A stretch of 10,388 nt of DNA from Candidatus Bathyarchaeota archaeon CG07_land_8_20_14_0_80_47_9 (lineage in GTDB: Archaea > Thermoproteota > Bathyarchaeia > Bathyarchaeales > Bathycorpusculaceae), in assembly GCA_002779555.1 (NCBI GenBank), contig PEWI01000116.1:1-10388 (forward strand). The letters are read 5' to 3'. The notes under the pieces are model-generated. The model made no database searches, was not told the DNA's origin, and worked only from the letters and a program-made list of their open reading frames with translations. Both the position numbers and the translations under genes were made by a program. This document shows, piece after piece, positions 6,676 to 10,388 of the stretch (position 1 is its first letter; every line of letters starts with the position of its first letter).

Positions 6676-7503
6676 TCATAATGGTATTCTCTTTCCGTCA
6701 AAGTCGCGTTTCGAGGATCCAAACTCAGCTTCAACTTCTCTTAACTGCTTTGACGTGAATATGGGACCGTCTCTGCAAACTCTGTATTTTCCTATGACGC
6801 AGCTTCCGCACAAGCCTATGGCACAACGCATCAGTCGCTCCAAGCTCGCTTCGAAGCTTACCTCACACTTTTCAGCTAGCTCGAAAACCTTCCTTATCAT
6901 CGGCTCAGGTCCGCAAGTGTAAACCATATCAAACCTTTCATTTGTCAATAGCCTGTCCAATGGTTCTGTGCACAGCCCCGTGATTCCGCAACTGCCATCC
7001 TCAGTAGTTGCCACAAGCTGCCTATTCCCTCCAATGAGCATTTTCTTCAACCCGTCCATAAACAGCAGTTCATCCTCGGTCTTCGCGCCCATCACAAAAA
7101 CCAGCCTCTCTACGTCAGGCAACAATCTCTTGACAAGAAACCACAACGGAGCCATACCCGTGCCCCCGCCCACGATCAGAATCTTTCCCTTTTTCCGGGT
7201 GAAACTGTTGCCGAACGGACCTCGCACACCCACAAAGTCGCCAGCTTTCATTCTGTGCAAGGCTTCAGTCGCTTCACCCACCTTCTTAACCGTTACAGAA
7301 ACCGCTCCATCTTCACCTACATCCAATATGCTCAGCGGAATCTCATCAACACCAGGAATCCAGAGCATCAAAAACTGTCCAGGCTTAGCCCTTGCACATT
7401 CCCTATCCTTGAACGTGAAAGTCGTGACAGTGGGGCTTTCGGTCCTGACACTTAGGATGCTCGTAGTTCTCAGCTTGTTAGCTGCGATGCGATAAGCCGA
7501 CAA
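6676..7503 (-). CDS. pyrK: Dihydroorotate dehydrogenase (class 1B) electron-transfer subunit
   Basis: 275 aa. It has a ferredoxin-reductase-like FAD/NAD module (PGQFLMLW, EIPLSI, GGGTGMAP) and a C-terminal 2Fe-2S cysteine cluster (CAIGLCGSCVIGKYRVCRDGP). The only plausible start is TTG 7503, with AGGAG 11 nt upstream. It overlaps the pyrD 3' end by 26 nt. Confidence 0.9.
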   Translation of the reverse strand: MSAYRIAANKLRTTSILSVRTESPTVTTFTFKDRECARAKPGQFLMLWIPGVDEIPLSILDVGEDGAVSVTVKKVGEATEALHRMKAGDFVGVRGPFGNSFTRKKGKILIVGGGTGMAPLWFLVKRLLPDVERLVFVMGAKTEDELLFMDGLKKMLIGGNRQLVATTEDGSCGITGLCTEPLDRLLTNERFDMVYTCGPEPMIRKVFELAEKCEVSFEASLERLMRCAIGLCGSCVIGKYRVCRDGPIFTSKQLREVEAEFGSSKRDFDGKRIPL

Positions 7504-8443
7504 TCTCGTTTACGCTCCTGAAGCCTTTCTTCTTCAAGTAAGCATCCACGCCTCTGGACACAGACCTGAACACGCTCGGACCCTTCAGCGCGATGGCCGT
7601 GCCAATCTGCACGGCTGAAGCCCCAGCAAGGAAAAACTCTACTGCATCACGCCAGTCTGTTACGCCCCCGCACCCCATAATGGGCACCTTGACACGCTCG
7701 TAGACATCATAAACGCATCTAAGCGCTATCGGCTTCACCGCAGGACCCGACAGTCCGCCTCTCTTGTTGCTTAGAATAGGCATCGCCGTTTCCACATCTA
7801 TCGCCATGGCCCTGACTGTGTTTATCGCTGTGATTCCGTCTGCGCCAGCCCTAACCGCAGCCTCAGCAATCTCCACCAGATCAGTGACGTTTGGCGACAA
7901 CTTTACAAGAACAGGCCTATCCACAACTGCCTTAACCTTCCCTACCACTTCAGCCAAGACCTCAGGGCTTTGCCCAATCTCCGAACCAGTCTCCTTCACG
8001 TGCGGACACGAAACATTCAACTCCAACGCATCGGCACCCGCGCCCACTGCCTTCTTGGCAACAGTTGCGTACTCCTCAGCCGAAAAACCGTAGACGCTCA
8101 CGATCAGCGGAACACCCAGCCTTTTCATTTCACGGATCTCGCGCACAAACTCACTTATGCCAGGGTTCGGGAGCCCCACAGCATTGATTAGGCCGAAATC
8201 TGCCTGAACAACCGTTGGATTCGCGTAACCCTTCCGCGGCTTGAAACCCACAGACTTCGTGACAACCGCACCTGCTCCGCCTGCAACAATGCTGCTTAAC
8301 GTTTCAGCGGAATAGCCCAGAATCCCAGAAGCCAGCATCGTCGGGTTATTAAGCTTCAAACCAGCCAGATTCACCTTTAAACGATCCGTTCCCAAAGACC
8401 CTATCACCGCCAACACTTTCAGTAAGGGTTGTAGCTCTGTCAA
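7478..8443 (-). CDS. pyrD: Dihydroorotate dehydrogenase, class 1B catalytic subunit
   Basis: TIM-barrel DHOD motifs: LKLNNPTMLASG, the active-site Cys loop LELNVSCPH, GGLSGPAVKPIALR, and GCGGV..W.DA.EF..AGA.AVQIGT. No in-frame ATG precedes the conserved core. Candidate starts are TTG 8443 (track) or TTG 8395, which is preceded by GGTGAT with a 7-nt spacer. The 5' end is therefore uncertain by 48 nt. Confidence 0.9.
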   Translation of the reverse strand: MTELQPLLKVLAVIGSLGTDRLKVNLAGLKLNNPTMLASGILGYSAETLSSIVAGGAGAVVTKSVGFKPRKGYANPTVVQADFGLINAVGLPNPGISEFVREIREMKRLGVPLIVSVYGFSAEEYATVAKKAVGAGADALELNVSCPHVKETGSEIGQSPEVLAEVVGKVKAVVDRPVLVKLSPNVTDLVEIAEAAVRAGADGITAINTVRAMAIDVETAMPILSNKRGGLSGPAVKPIALRCVYDVYERVKVPIMGCGGVTDWRDAVEFFLAGASAVQIGTAIALKGPSVFRSVSRGVDAYLKKKGFRSVNEIVGLSHRS

Positions 8444-8514
8444 AATAAGGTTTGTTTATTGTGGATGAAACATGGATTAAATGTGGGTGTCGAATGCGCC
8501 CTTTTCAAGGCGGT

Positions 8515-8727
8515 TTATGTTTTGGCTGGTTCTGTTTTCTTCATGTAGGCCCAGATTGCCAGCACAATGCCGATCAAGCCTATGATTCCGACTAGACCGT
8601 AGAAGTACCAACCATTGCCTGTGCCGTAGGTTACACCGAAGTCGTAACTGCCGGAATATCGCACCGCGCCGAGTATTATAGCAATTATGATCAGCAACAT
8701 GCCGCCGTAAAGCATCATCTTGTTCAA
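8515..8727 (-). CDS. Hypothetical small membrane protein (two predicted TM helices)
   Basis: 70 aa with two hydrophobic stretches (GGMLLIIIAIILGAV and FYGLVGIIGLIGIVLAIWAY) and a Gly/Tyr-rich loop between them. GGAGGCGAGGTGA lies just upstream. The start is either TTG 8727 or ATG 8718/8715. Confidence 0.55.
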   Translation of the reverse strand: MNKMMLYGGMLLIIIAIILGAVRYSGSYDFGVTYGTGNGWYFYGLVGIIGLIGIVLAIWAYMKKTEPAKT

Positions 8728-8930
8728 GTTTCACCTCGCCTCCTTTAGGACTTTTCATAAATAGGACAGTAACTCGTTGCTTAGACTATTTAATACCTTC
8801 CATGGCCAGAGCGCGAAAAAGGATTCTTGAGGTAGGCAAGGGAGCAGTCAACCCCATTTTTCCCATCAACTTGATGAAACATGAAGACAACGAGACATGA
8901 GCTTCAGCCGGGAAGATTCGGTGCGATATC

Positions 8931-9060
8931 TTAGTGAACTACCCTACCCTGAAGGATAGGGCTTCAAGGCTCAAACGGCTTTCTTTCCATTTGATAACCT
9001 TCGCCAAGCTCACGTTGGCACTACTCCTTCCCAAAGGTCGGAGATACTTCCTGAGGATGT
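8931..9060 (-). ncRNA. Candidate omega/reRNA scaffold of TnpB (inferred, ends not defined)
   Basis: Known TnpB guide RNAs are encoded across the tnpB 3' end and the right end. Two adjacent stem-loops here pair well only on the minus strand, with G.U pairs that become C.A mismatches on the plus strand. These are 8972-8993 (CAAATGG-AAAGAAAG-CCGTTTG) and 8942-8961 (CCCTATCC-TTCA-GGGTAGGG). A TATA-like ATATAAAT lies at 9083-9090. Confidence 0.3.
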
Positions 9061-10174
9061 TCACAGCGCCGTTGACGTCTGCATTTATATGCAGTCCACA
9101 TTTGCTGCAAACGTATAATCCTCTTGTTTTCCGATTTCTTTTTCGGATTTCGCCACATCTGCAACACGTTTTGGACGTGGCTTTCTCGTTCACCTGCACT
9201 AACAGTATGCCCTCTCTACGCAACTTGTATTCGAGGGTTGCAGTGAACTGACTGAAACTCCAAGCATGATTCTTCTGGTTGTTCACTCGCCCCCAACTTC
9301 GTGCCCTAACAAGTTTCTCAGGCTTCTTAGTGTCCGACCTCAACTTACGAATATTATGCAAATCGCCCGCAACAACGACGTTCACGTTAGACCTCACACA
9401 ATCATCCACAATAGCCTTCGTCTGCGCATGAAGAACATGCTTAATTTGTCTTGCCCGTTTCCTTGCTAACTGTGATAGTCGTTTGCTCCATTCTTTCTTT
9501 CCATGGCTTTGCTTTTTCACTATGCTTTGAGCTCGCCCTATTTCCTTGTTGAAGTACCGTTGAATTGACAATAAGCCTCTGCCCGTGTAAATCCTCGCTT
9601 CGCCATCTTCCTTCACAGTCGTCGCCGTATGGATTACGCCTAAATCAACACCCATAACTTGCCCGTCTTGTTTCCACGGCGGGTCTTCAACGCGATAAAC
9701 AATGTAGGCGAAACCACTTTTCACTTCAACCCTCACAATGTTTTCGTGAGTTAGTTCTATTTTTGGCTGAAGCTGAAAATCTAGGTGAAGATACACGCCT
9801 CTTTTAAGGGTTAACTGCATTTGGCATTTTTCGATTTTAACGGCGTATCTGGTGAAGGTTATAGTGCTTATGCTGTTTTTCTTTCTGAACATCGGAGGAT
9901 TCGCGGTAGCATCTATCTTCCTTAGCTGAAACCATGAGCGGTACGCCTCCGCAAGTTTATGCAACACTGCCTGCGCCGTGTGACTGTGAACTTTTCGGCA
10001 CCAAAAATCGTCTTTGAACACCCGCTGCAACTCGTAGTAATCGGGGATTTTCCCTGTTTTCTCCCATTGCTCACGGCAATAATAATTAGCCTTATTCCAG
10101 ATTTTGGTGCAAACATTCCCCACTTCCTTTAGTTCAGAACGTTCTGGAACCTTGGCTTTAGCCGTAAAATACAT
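8939..10174 (-). CDS. tnpB: TnpB-like RNA-guided endonuclease (IS200/IS605 OrfB family)
   Basis: 411 aa. It has RuvC-I MGVDLGV (D177), a zinc ribbon CCRCG...CSKCG (C337/C340/C356/C359), RuvC-III HINADVNGAVNILRK (D366), and the AWSFSQF...LEYK helix typical of TnpB. The canonical RuvC-II ..EDL.. motif instead reads VVVAGDL. Confidence 0.9.
   Translation of the reverse strand: MYFTAKAKVPERSELKEVGNVCTKIWNKANYYCREQWEKTGKIPDYYELQRVFKDDFWCRKVHSHTAQAVLHKLAEAYRSWFQLRKIDATANPPMFRKKNSISTITFTRYAVKIEKCQMQLTLKRGVYLHLDFQLQPKIELTHENIVRVEVKSGFAYIVYRVEDPPWKQDGQVMGVDLGVIHTATTVKEDGEARIYTGRGLLSIQRYFNKEIGRAQSIVKKQSHGKKEWSKRLSQLARKRARQIKHVLHAQTKAIVDDCVRSNVNVVVAGDLHNIRKLRSDTKKPEKLVRARSWGRVNNQKNHAWSFSQFTATLEYKLRREGILLVQVNEKATSKTCCRCGEIRKRNRKTRGLYVCSKCGLHINADVNGAVNILRKYLRPLGRSSANVSLAKVIKWKESRLSLEALSFRVG
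8942..8966 (-). repeat. RE-side subterminal hairpin repeat overlapping the last tnpB codons
   Basis: Plus strand CCCTACCCTGAAGGATAGGGCTTCA. The minus strand folds as CCCTATCC-TTCA-GGGTAGGG (8 bp including one T.G) and is preceded by GAAG. About 20 of 25 positions match 10219-10244. Confidence 0.5.
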
Positions 10175-10196
10175 AATCGGACGTTCACTATAAACG

Positions 10197-10202
10197 ATAT
10201 AA
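10197..10202 (-). promoter_or_regulatory. Candidate TATA box for tnpB (near-leaderless transcript)
   Basis: The minus strand reads TTATAT with 22 nt between it and the ATG at 10174. A second motif, TTTATA, follows 3 nt downstream. Confidence 0.35.
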
Positions 10203-10218
10203 GTGTTGCGACTTTCAT

Positions 10219-10244
10219 CCCCAACCTGGAGGATGGGAACTTCC
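10219..10244 (-). repeat. LE-side subterminal hairpin repeat upstream of tnpB
   Basis: Plus strand CCCCAACCTGGAGGATGGGAACTTCC. The minus strand folds as CATCCTC-CAGGTT-GGGGATG (7 bp including one T.G, 10216-10235) and is preceded by GAAG(TT). Confidence 0.5.
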
Positions 10245-10298
10245 TGCCAATAAGGTTAAACACAAGCCCTAGGATTAGTAGTTGCTGAAGGCCAAATC

Positions 10299-10388
10299 AT
10301 GAAAGCAGCAGTAGTCGAAAGCCTATTTGGCATACTGGCGTTCAACGAGGAAAACCAGATAGCAGAAAAAGTGCTCTTTCCCAAGAAT
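10299..10388 (+). CDS. 5' fragment of a CDS running off the window; possibly Nop56/58 (Nop5) C/D-box RNP protein
   Basis: ATG at 10299 opens MKAAVVESLFGILAFNEENQIAEKVLFPKN with no stop before the window end. The ..G..AF.E.......LFP pattern resembles archaeal Nop5 N-terminal domains. Only 30 codons are visible. Confidence 0.4.
   Translation, partial: MKAAVVESLFGILAFNEENQIAEKVLFPKN

Larger units (their letters stand above)
8931..10255 (-). mobile_element. Solo-tnpB IS200/IS605-family element (IS1341-like, no tnpA); boundaries approximate
   Basis: A tnpB ORF is flanked by related subterminal hairpin repeats at 10219-10244 and 8942-8966. The boundaries are extrapolated from IS608-like geometry and are not directly observed. 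Confidence 0.5.

Noticed and set aside
6968-8191. Plus-strand ORFs 6968..7495, 7255..7455, 7764..8093 and 7970..8191
   Set aside because: They are antisense to pyrK and pyrD. Their Ser/Thr/Pro/Ala-rich products are typical of antisense frames.
8497-8512. Hairpin with a GAAA tetraloop 3 nt after the miniprotein stop (minus strand CGCCTT-GAAA-AGGGCG), considered as an intrinsic terminator
   Set aside because: No U-tract follows it. Archaeal termination relies mainly on oligo-T signals. It may simply be structure in the pyrD promoter region, so I did not call it a terminator.
8477-8758. 93-aa minus-strand ORF overlapping the 2-TM miniprotein in another frame
   Set aside because: The alternative frame (8515..8727) gives two clean hydrophobic helices and has a strong GGAGG/GGTGA upstream. 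The 93-aa frame is Arg/His-rich with no features.
8934-9469. Plus-strand ORFs 8934..9251 and 9266..9469, and minus-strand 9922..10116
   Set aside because: They are antisense or out of frame relative to the motif-complete tnpB ORF.
1-10388. CRISPR arrays, rRNA genes, and cas or defence-island signatures
   Set aside because: I found no regularly spaced direct repeats of CRISPR size. I also found no rRNA-like conserved blocks. The only RNA-guided candidate is the TnpB locus.

Overview
This looks like an archaeal chromosomal segment. The evidence is two tRNA genes without encoded CCA, A/T-rich TATA-like boxes about 25-35 nt upstream of genes, an archaeal-style IleRS, and a probable Nop5 N-terminus at the right edge. 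From 1717 to 10174 every gene is on the minus strand.

Housekeeping content:
- tRNA-Arg(TCG) and tRNA-Ala(CGC)
- ileS
- a pyrD-pyrK (class 1B dihydroorotate dehydrogenase) pair

Accessory or uncharacterised content:
- a small HExxH protein sitting between the two tRNA genes
- a thioredoxin-fold-like ORF without CxxC
- a stand-alone RAM-domain (Lrp/AsnC ligand-binding) protein
- a BtrH_N/DUF4872-like papain-fold protein
- a 2-TM miniprotein
- a start-less remnant ORF (about 4809-4997) whose GFEY...LFRKRK tail I recall from archaeal integrases

The most interesting locus is a solo tnpB element of IS200/IS605 type (IS1341-like, no tnpA) at about 8931-10255, minus strand.
- It has related subterminal hairpins on both sides.
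- It has strand-specific stem-loops over the tnpB 3' end, where an omega/reRNA is expected.
- Its RuvC-II motif lacks the canonical glutamate (VVVAGDL).
- It sits in the divergent promoter region next to the nop5-like gene.

Other oddities are a tRNA-like remnant downstream of tRNA-Arg, three intergenic GCGCGCG motifs, a 365-nt ORF-poor spacer, and obligate non-ATG starts on three housekeeping genes. I saw no CRISPR array and no rRNA. All family assignments come from motif recognition by eye and need database confirmation.
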